55,516 nucleotides of DNA from Burkholderiales bacterium (GTDB lineage: Bacteria; Pseudomonadota; Gammaproteobacteria; Burkholderiales; Burkholderiaceae_C). The translations under genes and the position numbers were made by a program. Location of the stretch: contig SXWY01000069.1 in the NCBI GenBank assembly GCA_005789825.1, forward strand, positions 1-55,516. Direction: 5' to 3'. The first letter of the stretch is position 1, and every line of letters begins with the position of its first letter. Positions 23,406 to 31,721 of this stretch are shown here, piece by piece. The notes below the pieces were generated by a model. That model ran no database searches, was not told the origin of the DNA, and was given only the letters and a program-made list of their open reading frames with translations.

Positions 23406-24686
23406 TCAGGTCTTGTCCAAAGCCTGTTCAATGTCCCAAATAATGTCGTCCAACGTCTCTAAACCCACACTCAAACGAATCAAGTCTGGCGGCACACCTG
23501 CCGCGATTTGCTGCTCCTCAGACAACTGACGGTGTGTTGTCGATGCAGGATGAATCACCAAGCTTTTGGCGTCGCCAATATTGGCCAGATGCGACAAGAA
23601 CTGCACATGCTCAATAAACCCCTGACCTGCAACTGCACCGCCTTTGACACCGAAAGTCAGCACCGCACCCGAGCCACGAGGCAAATATTTGTTCGCCAGC
23701 GCATGGTCAGGGTGATTGCTCAAACCCGGGTAATTCACCCAAGCCACTTTGGGGTGCTGCTGTAGATGCTTGGCCACTGACAGCGCATTACTGCAGTGGC
23801 GGTCCATGCGCAAGGACAATGTCTCTACACCTTGCAACAACAAAAACGCATTGAAAGGCGACAGCACTGGGCCGAATGTGCGCATACCTTCCATGCGGCA
23901 TTTCATGGTGAACCCAAAGTCGCCGAATGTTTCAAAAAAACGCACACCATGGTAACCGGGGGAGGGCTCTGTCATGGTGGGGAAGCGGCCGTTGTCCCAA
24001 GGGAATTTCCCCGATTCAATGATGACACCACCCATGGTGGTGCCGTGGCCGCCAATGAATTTGGTCGCCGAGTGAATGCTGATGGCAGCGCCCCATTGGA
24101 AGGGTTGGCACAGGTAAGGACTGGCAAATGTGTTGTCGATGAACAGGGGTACACCCGCTTGGTTGCCAATGGTCGCCACGGCCTCTATGTCCAACACATT
24201 CAACGAAGGGTTGCCTAATGTTTCTGCATACAGCGCCTTGGTTCTGGGCGTGATGGCCTTTGCAAAATTTTCAGGGTCAGAGGCATCGACAAACACGGTC
24301 TCAATGCCCAGCTTTTTGAAATTCACTCCAAGCTGAGTGTGCGTACCACCGTACAAAGTATTGGCCGCGATGATTTGGTCGCCAGCTTCGCAGACATTGA
24401 GCAAGGCGATCATTTGAGCTGCCATGCCGCTGCCGGTAGCAACCGCCGCGCGTCCGCCTTCAAGTGCAGCAATGCGCTCTTCTAGCACCGCCACCGTCGG
24501 ATTGGACAGCCGCGAATACACGTTGCCAAAGGTTTGCAGGTTGAACAAACTCGCTGCATGCTCGGCACTGTCAAACACATATGACGTGGTTTGGTAAATG
24601 GGCACTGCGCGGCTGCCGGTGGCTGCGTCAGGAATTTGCCCGGCGTGCAAGCTGAGCGTGTCAAAACCGAATGTGCGATCTGCCAT
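23406..24686 (-). CDS. metY: O-acetylhomoserine/O-acetylserine sulfhydrylase (MetY family)
   Basis: PIYQTTSY, YSRLSNPT, HSATKFIGGHG and IHPASTTHRQL motifs. ATG at 24686. Confidence 0.9.
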   Translation of the reverse strand: MADRTFGFDTLSLHAGQIPDAATGSRAVPIYQTTSYVFDSAEHAASLFNLQTFGNVYSRLSNPTVAVLEERIAALEGGRAAVATGSGMAAQMIALLNVCEAGDQIIAANTLYGGTHTQLGVNFKKLGIETVFVDASDPENFAKAITPRTKALYAETLGNPSLNVLDIEAVATIGNQAGVPLFIDNTFASPYLCQPFQWGAAISIHSATKFIGGHGTTMGGVIIESGKFPWDNGRFPTMTEPSPGYHGVRFFETFGDFGFTMKCRMEGMRTFGPVLSPFNAFLLLQGVETLSLRMDRHCSNALSVAKHLQQHPKVAWVNYPGLSNHPDHALANKYLPRGSGAVLTFGVKGGAVAGQGFIEHVQFLSHLANIGDAKSLVIHPASTTHRQLSEEQQIAAGVPPDLIRLSVGLETLDDIIWDIEQALDKT

Positions 24687-24691
24687 GGTTG

Positions 24692-25159
24692 TCAGGTAGG
24701 AGGAATTTGGCGCTGTGCCGAGACCACGCCTGTATTGACGCCAAACCAACCCAGGCCGCCAAACAAACGTGCATGTTCAATCTTGACGCACCTGTCCATC
24801 ACCACGGTCAGCCCGGCCTGTTGTGCGATTTGCGCGGCTTGCGGGTTGACCACGCCCAGTTGCAACCACAGCACTTTGGCGCCGATGTCTGCCGCTTGCT
24901 GGGCGATGACAGGTGTATCGGCGGGTTTGCGAAACACATCGACGATATCGACAGCAAATGGAATGGCTGACAAACTGGGATAACAGGGCTCGTCCAGAAT
25001 TTCGGGGTATTTGGGGTTGACCGGCACAATTTTGTAACCGTGCGCTTGCATGTACTTGGCAGCGAAATACGAGGGCCGAAACCAATCGGCAGATAAACCG
25101 ACCACAGCGATGGTGCGATGTTGTTTCAAAACCTGTTTCAGCGTGCGAATGTCACTCAT
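24692..25159 (-). CDS. CoA-binding protein (YccU-like)
   Basis: IAVVGLS, PVNP, DIVDVFR, WLQLG and MDRCVKIEH motifs; immediately upstream of metY. Confidence 0.88.
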   Translation of the reverse strand: MSDIRTLKQVLKQHRTIAVVGLSADWFRPSYFAAKYMQAHGYKIVPVNPKYPEILDEPCYPSLSAIPFAVDIVDVFRKPADTPVIAQQAADIGAKVLWLQLGVVNPQAAQIAQQAGLTVVMDRCVKIEHARLFGGLGWFGVNTGVVSAQRQIPPT

Positions 25160-25192
25160 TTACCAGATATTAGCTGATTCAGGAAATAAAGA

Positions 25193-25357
25193 TTGCTTTA
25201 TGTGGGGAAACAGTGCATAGTAGGGCTTCGATATCAGGTTATGTCGTTGTAGCTCGTTTTTAGTTCTGCCCTCATAGGTATTTCTCCCTTCGTCTCTTCG
25301 CCTGTTCTGACCTTCGACCCCGAGGGGGGCTTCCCTTTTTTTTAAGAAATGCAATAC
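25193..25357 (+). promoter_or_regulatory. Putative sigma70 promoter and long (about 130 nt) csp 5' leader, cspA-type thermoregulatory UTR candidate
   Basis: TTGCTT (25193-98), a 17-nt spacer, then CATAGT (25216-21). The leader is pyrimidine-rich and has a G6/CCC-U8 hairpin at 25322-25343. Long leaders are typical of cold-induced csp genes. Confidence 0.5.
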
Positions 25358-25564
25358 ATGGCAACAGGTACAGTGAAATGGTTTAACGAGTCCAAAGGTT
25401 TTGGCTTTATTACACCCGAAGACGGCGGCAAAGATTTGTTCGCCCATTTTTCAGCGATTCAAAATCAGGGTTTCAAAACGTTGGCCGAAGGCCAGCGCGT
25501 TAGCTTTGAAGTGACCACCGGCCCCAAAGGCCTGCAAGCGTCCAACATCAAGTCAGCCGATTAA
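25358..25564 (+). CDS. cspA: Cold-shock protein (CspA family)
   Basis: [13 protein letters not shown]1 KGFGFI and RNP2 LFAHF motifs. The paralog name is approximate. Confidence 0.95.
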   Translation: MATGTVKWFNESKGFGFITPEDGGKDLFAHFSAIQNQGFKTLAEGQRVSFEVTTGPKGLQASNIKSAD

Positions 25565-25586
25565 GCCGCAAGCTTAAAGGCCGCTG

Positions 25587-25844
25587 ATGTCCAAAGAAGA
25601 AATGCTGGAAATGTCCGGCATGGTGCGCGAAGTGCTCCCAGACTCGCGCTACCGTGTCACTTTGGACAATGGCCACGAACTCGTGGCCTACACCGCAGGC
25701 AAGATGCGAATGCACCACATCCGCATCCTGGCCGGCGACAAAGTCACCTTGGAACTCTCCCCCTATGACATGACCAAAGGTCGCATCACCTTCAGGCATA
25801 TCGAAGGCAAGGGACCAAGCGGGCCTCGTCGCAGACGGTTTTGA
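25587..25844 (+). CDS. infA: Translation initiation factor IF-1 (second, non-ribosomal-operon paralog) with basic C-terminal tail
   Basis: [24 protein letters not shown]...GRITFR; 85 aa, with an extra tail [13 protein letters not shown]. Confidence 0.93.
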   Translation: MSKEEMLEMSGMVREVLPDSRYRVTLDNGHELVAYTAGKMRMHHIRILAGDKVTLELSPYDMTKGRITFRHIEGKGPSGPRRRRF

Positions 25845-26521
25845 CCACCAGCCCGTCCGGCACCGGGCTGGGCTACTTGGTCAAGCAAGAACGCATCGCC
25901 ATCTCTGGCGGTGCCGCTTTGAACATCCGTTCATTGCTAGACAAACAACAATTTCACGACCCACTGGGTGAGGCTTTGGCATTGGGCGTTTCGTCCGCCA
26001 CTTGGCCATTGTTCGGTTTGGTTTGGCCTTCCGCGCAAAAAATGGCCGATGTCATGCAAGCGTGGCCTCTGGCATCTTTGCGAATTCTGGAAATCGGTTG
26101 CGGCCTGGGCTTGGCAAGTTTGGTGGTGCACCGACGGCTGGGCAATATCACTGCTTCCGACTATCACCCTTATACCGAGCGCTTCTTGCAAGCCAATTTG
26201 TTACTCAATGGTATGCAGCCCATGCCTTATTTTCGCGGCCACTGGGAACGCACCAACCCACTGCTGGGCGAATTCGATTTGATCATTGGCAGCGATGTGT
26301 TGTACGAACGCGATCATCCGCGACAACTGGCGAGCTTTATCCAACGCCATGCAGCGCCACACGCGCAAGTGTTGATCATTGACCCGAACCGAGGTAACCG
26401 CGCTCCATTTCACAAAGCCATGCGCCATAACGGTTTTGTGGTGACGCAATCCGAATTGTTGACACCTTTGAATGACAACACACCTTATCGGGGGCGATTT
26501 CTGAGCTACCAACGCGACTGA
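25841..26521 (+). CDS. Class I SAM-dependent methyltransferase, Methyltransf_16 (protein lysine MTase-like) family
   Basis: GLVWPSA, motif [10 protein letters not shown], post-I ASDY and motif [13 protein letters not shown] (DxxY). The TTG start overlaps the infA TGA. Confidence 0.8.
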   Translation: MTTSPSGTGLGYLVKQERIAISGGAALNIRSLLDKQQFHDPLGEALALGVSSATWPLFGLVWPSAQKMADVMQAWPLASLRILEIGCGLGLASLVVHRRLGNITASDYHPYTERFLQANLLLNGMQPMPYFRGHWERTNPLLGEFDLIIGSDVLYERDHPRQLASFIQRHAAPHAQVLIIDPNRGNRAPFHKAMRHNGFVVTQSELLTPLNDNTPYRGRFLSYQRD

Positions 26522-26553
26522 TTTTTTCCGCCGCATGGGTTACATTGCGGCGC

Positions 26554-27951
26554 ATGAACGATCAGCACTTTATGCAATTGGCTCTGTCTCAGGCACAGGC
26601 TGCTTTGGCTGCAGGAGAGGTGCCGGTCGGCGCGGTGCTGGTTCGTGACGGCAAAGTATTGGCGCAAGCGCACAACGCACCGCTGTCCATGCATGACCCC
26701 AGTGCGCATGCTGAAGTGCTGGTCATGCGTGAAGCCGCTCGTCTGCTGGGCAATTACCGGCTTGATGACTGCACTTTGTACGTCACCTTGGAGCCGTGCA
26801 CCATGTGTGCCGGCGCTATGCTCAATGCGCGGCTGCGCCACGTGGTCTGGGGAGCTGCCGAGCCCAAAACCGGTGCGGCAGGTTCGGTGCTCAATGTGTT
26901 TTCTCTGCCTCAGCTAAACCACCAAACCAGGATTGAGGGTGGTGTTTTGTCAGAGGAATGCGCACAACCTTTGCAAACTTTTTTCAAAAACCAACGCGCC
27001 CAACAAAAAGCGCGAGCTTTGGCGACACGTTTACGCGACGATGCGGTACGAACCCCAGAGCACGCGTTTGATGGATTGCCTGATTACCATTGGCAGGCGA
27101 ACTACATCAGCGAATTGCCTGCGTTGAATGGCTTGCGTATGCATTATGTGGACGAGGGCCCCGCTGACGCCGAAGTGATTTGGTTGTGTTTGCACGGCAA
27201 TCCTGCATGGAGTTATCTTTACAGGCACATGATCCCCGTCTTTTTAGCGGCAGGACACCGCGTGGTGGCGCCCGACATGCCTGGTTTTGGCAAAAGCGAC
27301 AAACCGAAAAAAGACAGTGCCCATTCGTTTGCATGGCACAGACAGGTGTTGTTGGAATTCATCGAAGCGCTGGATTTGCGCCACATACATTTGGTGGTGC
27401 AAGACTGGGGCGGCATTTTGGGACTGACCTTGCCCATGGCACACGAATGGCGTTACGACGCATTGCTGGTGATGAACACCCTGCTGGCCGAAGGAACGCG
27501 CCCCTTGAGCCCCGGCTTTTTGGCGTGGCGACAAATGTGTGCCGACAAGCCGTTGTTTGACATCGCCAAATTGTTTGCACGTGGCAACCCCCACATGACC
27601 CCCGACGAATGCAACGCCTACAACGCCCCCTTTCCAGACGCAGGACACCGCGCGGCTTTGCGTGCATTTCCGGCCATGGTGCCCTCCGCAGCGGACAGCC
27701 CTGGCGCCGACATCTCTCGACAAGCAGCAGCCTTTTTCAAACACCAGTGGCAAGGACGCAGTTTGATGTTCATCGGTCAGCAAGACCCCGTGTTGGGCGA
27801 GCCCGTGATGCGCGAATTGCACAACACTGTCAGTGGTTGTCCGCCGCCTGTGTTGCTGCCGCATGCAGGCCATTTTGTGCAAGAGCACGGGCGCGAAATC
27901 GCGCTGGAAGCCTTGCAATATTTTCATCCTCATCACCCCAAGGAGTTTTGA
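26554..27951 (+). CDS. tadA: tRNA adenosine(34) deaminase TadA fused to a haloalkane dehalogenase (HLD-I) domain
   Basis: N-terminal GEVPVGAV, HAE and LEPCTMC; C-terminal LHGNPAWSYLYR, VQDWGG, FLAWR, QDPVLG and AGHFVQE. One uninterrupted ORF. Confidence 0.9.
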   Translation: MNDQHFMQLALSQAQAALAAGEVPVGAVLVRDGKVLAQAHNAPLSMHDPSAHAEVLVMREAARLLGNYRLDDCTLYVTLEPCTMCAGAMLNARLRHVVWGAAEPKTGAAGSVLNVFSLPQLNHQTRIEGGVLSEECAQPLQTFFKNQRAQQKARALATRLRDDAVRTPEHAFDGLPDYHWQANYISELPALNGLRMHYVDEGPADAEVIWLCLHGNPAWSYLYRHMIPVFLAAGHRVVAPDMPGFGKSDKPKKDSAHSFAWHRQVLLEFIEALDLRHIHLVVQDWGGILGLTLPMAHEWRYDALLVMNTLLAEGTRPLSPGFLAWRQMCADKPLFDIAKLFARGNPHMTPDECNAYNAPFPDAGHRAALRAFPAMVPSAADSPGADISRQAAAFFKHQWQGRSLMFIGQQDPVLGEPVMRELHNTVSGCPPPVLLPHAGHFVQEHGREIALEALQYFHPHHPKEF

Positions 27952-28007
27952 AGTGGGTACAACGGATTGGGTTGATTTTCATTGATACAAAGGGTGGTTC
28001 ATCTTTC

Positions 28008-28931
28008 ATGCACATTTATATTTATTCACCCTCTGGCGCGGTTCGCGATAAGGCTGCTTTGCGACGCGCCATCAAACACCTGGGCCGACTTGGCCATGAT
28101 GTCGAACTTGACCCAGACGCGCTGAGTACCAAACAGCGTTTTGCGGGCGACGATCAATCGCGAGTGCTGGCTGTTGCGCGGGCTGCCGCCAGCGGCGCTG
28201 ATGTGGTCATGCCCACCCGGGGGGGATATGGCATCACCCGCTTGATGAAACACTTGCCGTACAAAGCGATTGCCGCCTCTGTCAAACAAGGCACGCGGTG
28301 GGTTGGCCACAGCGACTTCACCGCGCTGCAAATGGGTGTGTTGGCAAAGACTGGCGCTGTCACTTGGGCCGGTCCTCACGCATGTGCCGATTTTGGCGCC
28401 GAGGCGGTCGACGAAATCATGCAGGATTGTTGGGATGACATGGCGCAGGGCAGGGGAGAGGGCGTGGGTTGGCGATTGCCAAGCACAGACATTGCCCATT
28501 TACCCAAACGCAATATGCTGGCCCAAGAGGCCGTGTTGTGGGGCGGCAATTTGAGTGTGCTGTGCAGTTTGATCGGCACGCCTTATTTGCCCGATATTGA
28601 GAAAGGCGTTTTGTTTTTGGAAGATGTGGCCGAGCATCCCTATCGAATTGAACGCATGTTGACGCAGTTGTTCAACACCGGTTTGCTGGCCAAACAACAA
28701 GCGATTGTGTTGGGTCAATTCACCGATTACACATTGACCAAGCACGACCACGGCTTTCAATTCAACACAGTCGTTGCTTGGTTGCGAGACCAATTGAAAG
28801 TGCCTGTGTTGACAGGTTTGCCATTTGGGCATGTGCCCACCAAAGTGTGCTTGCCTGTGGGCCATGAAGTCAATCTTTTGCGCGAAGAACGCGAAGCTTT
28901 TTTGCTGTGGGCGCACCACGAAACCCACTGA
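28008..28931 (+). CDS. ldcA: LD-carboxypeptidase (peptidase S66, LdcA)
   Basis: IYSPSG, TRGGYG, GHSDFT, LEDVAEHPYRIERML and FGH motifs. Start placed at ATG 28008. Confidence 0.88.
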   Translation: MHIYIYSPSGAVRDKAALRRAIKHLGRLGHDVELDPDALSTKQRFAGDDQSRVLAVARAAASGADVVMPTRGGYGITRLMKHLPYKAIAASVKQGTRWVGHSDFTALQMGVLAKTGAVTWAGPHACADFGAEAVDEIMQDCWDDMAQGRGEGVGWRLPSTDIAHLPKRNMLAQEAVLWGGNLSVLCSLIGTPYLPDIEKGVLFLEDVAEHPYRIERMLTQLFNTGLLAKQQAIVLGQFTDYTLTKHDHGFQFNTVVAWLRDQLKVPVLTGLPFGHVPTKVCLPVGHEVNLLREEREAFLLWAHHETH

Positions 28932-28982
28932 AGTCCCCACGTCTACAATGGAAAAAGCTTGTTAACGACAAACAAAAACGAC

Positions 28983-30413
28983 ATGACGATCTATACCCAA
29001 CACTACATCAACGGCGTTTGGCAAACCGCAACATCCCAAGCATTTTTTGAAGTCCATGACGCGAGCACGGAAGAGGTCATGGCTACTGTGCCGCAAGGCA
29101 CGGCAGATGAAGCCGGGCAAGCGGTGTTGGCAGCACGTGCGGCGTTTCCTGCATGGTTCGGGTTGACTGTCGAAGAACGCTGCCAATACATTGACAAAAT
29201 TGTTGCCGGTCTCAAAGCGCGTACCGATGAAATGGCCACGGCCATTGCGCGTGAAGTCGGTATGCCCATCAAGCTGGCCAAAATGGTTCAAGTAGGTGGC
29301 CCCGTGTTTAACTGGGGCAATGCGGCCAAAGTAGCCCGTGCTTTCAGCTATGAAGAAAAAGTAGGGCATTCTTTGGTGGTTCGCGAACCCATCGGTGTGG
29401 TCGGTTGCATCACGCCCTGGAATTTTCCGCTCAACCAAATCACACTCAAAGTGGCGCCTGCGCTGGCCGCTGGTTGCACCGTGGTACTCAAGCCGAGTGA
29501 AATCGCCCCTGTCAACGCCATGATCCTGGCGGACATCATCCATGCAGCAGGTTTGCCAGCAGGCGTGTTCAATTTGGTCAATGGCGCTGGTCCGGTGGTG
29601 GGTGAAGTCTTGGCCAGCCATCCAGAGGTTGACATGGTCAGTTTCACAGGATCGACCCGCGCAGGCAGACGCGTGGCTGCGTTGGCCGCAGACACCGTCA
29701 AACGTGTCACGCTAGAGCTGGGCGGTAAGTCGGCCAGCGTGGTGTTGCCGGATGCCGATATGGCGGCAGCGGTGAAAGGCACATTGGCAGCGTGTTTTCT
29801 CAACAGCGGTCAAACCTGCTCGGCGCACACCCGCATGTTGGTGCCTGAATCACGCTACGAGGAAGTCAAATCCCTGTTGCAAGCGGGCATCGCCAAATAT
29901 CCCTTGGGGCCGAGCTTGGCAGAAGACAGCCGGTTGGGCCCGTTGATCACCGCCAACCAACGCGAACGCGTTTTGGGCTTCATTCAGCAAGGCCTGAACG
30001 AAGGTGCCGAATTGATTGCAGGCGGCACCGACAAGCCAGCGTTTGCATCGGGTTATTTTGTGCAGCCCACAGCGCTTCTCGTGAAGCCTACACACACATT
30101 GGCCAAGGAAGAAATTTTTGGACCGGTCTTGGTGGTCTTGACCTACAAAGATGAAGACGAAGCCGCTCGAATTGCCAATGACACGATTTATGGTTTGGGC
30201 GGCGGCGTTTGGAGCGGATCTGACGAACGCGCCATGGCCTTTGCCAGACGCATGCGTACCGGTCAAGTCGATATCAACGGCGCGCCATTCAATGGCAACG
30301 CTCCCTTTGGCGGTTACAAACAATCCGGTAACGGCCGTGAAAACGGCAAATACGGGTTCGAGGAATTTTTGGAATTCAAAGCCATTCAGCTCAAACCCGC
30401 AGACAAATCCTGA
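28983..30413 (+). CDS. NAD(P)-dependent aldehyde dehydrogenase
   Basis: ITPWNFP, FTGST, LELGGKS, NSGQTC, EEIFGPV and PFGGYKQSG motifs. Confidence 0.93.
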   Translation: MTIYTQHYINGVWQTATSQAFFEVHDASTEEVMATVPQGTADEAGQAVLAARAAFPAWFGLTVEERCQYIDKIVAGLKARTDEMATAIAREVGMPIKLAKMVQVGGPVFNWGNAAKVARAFSYEEKVGHSLVVREPIGVVGCITPWNFPLNQITLKVAPALAAGCTVVLKPSEIAPVNAMILADIIHAAGLPAGVFNLVNGAGPVVGEVLASHPEVDMVSFTGSTRAGRRVAALAADTVKRVTLELGGKSASVVLPDADMAAAVKGTLAACFLNSGQTCSAHTRMLVPESRYEEVKSLLQAGIAKYPLGPSLAEDSRLGPLITANQRERVLGFIQQGLNEGAELIAGGTDKPAFASGYFVQPTALLVKPTHTLAKEEIFGPVLVVLTYKDEDEAARIANDTIYGLGGGVWSGSDERAMAFARRMRTGQVDINGAPFNGNAPFGGYKQSGNGRENGKYGFEEFLEFKAIQLKPADKS

Positions 30414-30430
30414 TTATTCCATTTAATACG

Positions 30431-31057
30431 ATGCATATTATGTTAAGTCAAAAAAGCCTTTTCCCCATCCGTTCTGCAGCCTTGGCCCTGGCCATGGGTT
30501 TACTTGCCTCGGCATCCATTGCCCAACCCGGGCCTGGCCGCAATGAAAATGCGATGCAAGAAACCAGAGACATCGCTGCGGTTATGTTGAAAGAACTCGG
30601 TCAAACATTGCAATCTGCCTTGACCAATGGTGGACCCGAAAACGCCATCGGTGTGTGCAAAACCCAAGCGCCTGAAATCGCCAAAAACCTGTCGCTCAAG
30701 CACCAATTGCTGGTCGCACGTGTAGGCACTCGTGCACGCAACCCCGTCATGGGTGAACCCAACGAATGGCAAACCCAAGCGCTCAAGCAATTTGAGTCTC
30801 GCATCGCACAAGGCGACAAACCCCAAAATATTGAATACGTGGAAGTGGTCAAGTCAGGCCCTTATGACTTGGAATTGCGCTATGCCAAACCTATCGTGCT
30901 GCAACCCATGTGCACCACATGCCATGGTTCACCAGAGCAAATTCCAGCGGCTGTCAAAGCCAAACTTTTGGCGCTCTATCCCAACGACAAGGCTATTCAC
31001 TACAAACCTGGTGAGCTCAGAGGCGCGGTAGTGGTCACTCGGATTTTGTCGCATTGA
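30431..31057 (+). CDS. Periplasmic c-type heme protein, DUF3365/Tll0287-like
   Basis: Signal peptide, RARNP, heme motif MCTTCHG, and YPNDKAIHYKPGELRGA. Confidence 0.8.
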   Translation: MHIMLSQKSLFPIRSAALALAMGLLASASIAQPGPGRNENAMQETRDIAAVMLKELGQTLQSALTNGGPENAIGVCKTQAPEIAKNLSLKHQLLVARVGTRARNPVMGEPNEWQTQALKQFESRIAQGDKPQNIEYVEVVKSGPYDLELRYAKPIVLQPMCTTCHGSPEQIPAAVKAKLLALYPNDKAIHYKPGELRGAVVVTRILSH

Positions 31058-31721
31058 CAGGATCTGGCGGGTATTGCAGGTTCCAACTGTGCAGGAACGC
31101 CAATATGTATTCTTTGGCATCTTGGGATTGCGGGTTAAGCGAGTGCTTCGCAAATTCAAGCGCATCGAAACCCAGTTTGTTTTGAATTCTGGGGTCTGCG
31201 CCCTCCTCTAGCAGCAACTTGACAGCCGAAGGTGTGCCGTATCGCGCTGCCATCATGAGAGGTGTGGTGCCGTTGGGTGATTCGGCATCTAAGTAAGCGT
31301 CGTTTTCTATCAGCAGCCGCATCATTCGAATATGCCCTTTGGTCGCTGCGTAATGCAGCGGGCTCCATCCTAATTTGTTGACCTCTGCACCTTTATCAAC
31401 CAACCATTGCGCTAATTCCTGTTCGTTCTGAATGGCAGCCAACATCAATGCGTTTTCATCGTTCAGGTTGGTGGCATTGAGCTTTGTGGTGTTGGCTTGT
31501 ATCAACACCAACGCGCTTTTCAATGATTTGGATTGCATGGCCAAAACCAAGGCTGGAATACCTTTTTCATTGACGGTATTGGGATCAAAACCTCTGTCAA
31601 GCAATTCTTGAATCGTGTCTGGCCGGTCTAGACGGATCGCTGTGAAAAAGTCTTCATAACTGCCTGCTGCAGCAGGAAGCGATATCCCACAAGATAGACA
31701 CAGGGCGAGGAGAAATCTCAA
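31035..31721 (-). CDS. Exported ankyrin-repeat protein (start uncertain, 31721-31760)
   Basis: Signal peptide followed by GSYEDFF; ankyrin repeats ENALMLAA, WSPLHYAA and TTPLMMAA. Confidence 0.88.
   Translation of the reverse strand: MRFLLALCLSCGISLPAAAGSYEDFFTAIRLDRPDTIQELLDRGFDPNTVNEKGIPALVLAMQSKSLKSALVLIQANTTKLNATNLNDENALMLAAIQNEQELAQWLVDKGAEVNKLGWSPLHYAATKGHIRMMRLLIENDAYLDAESPNGTTPLMMAARYGTPSAVKLLLEEGADPRIQNKLGFDALEFAKHSLNPQSQDAKEYILAFLHSWNLQYPPDPVNATKSE

Noticed and set aside
25160-25230. SAM riboswitch upstream of the CoA-binding/metY operon
   Set aside because: No SAM-I, SAM-II or SAM-SAH consensus recognised; the region is better explained as divergent promoters. An Rfam scan would settle it.
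27609-28007. N-terminal extension suggesting a fused LdcA
   Set aside because: Overlaps the TadA-HLD gene in another frame; S66 similarity begins at 28008.
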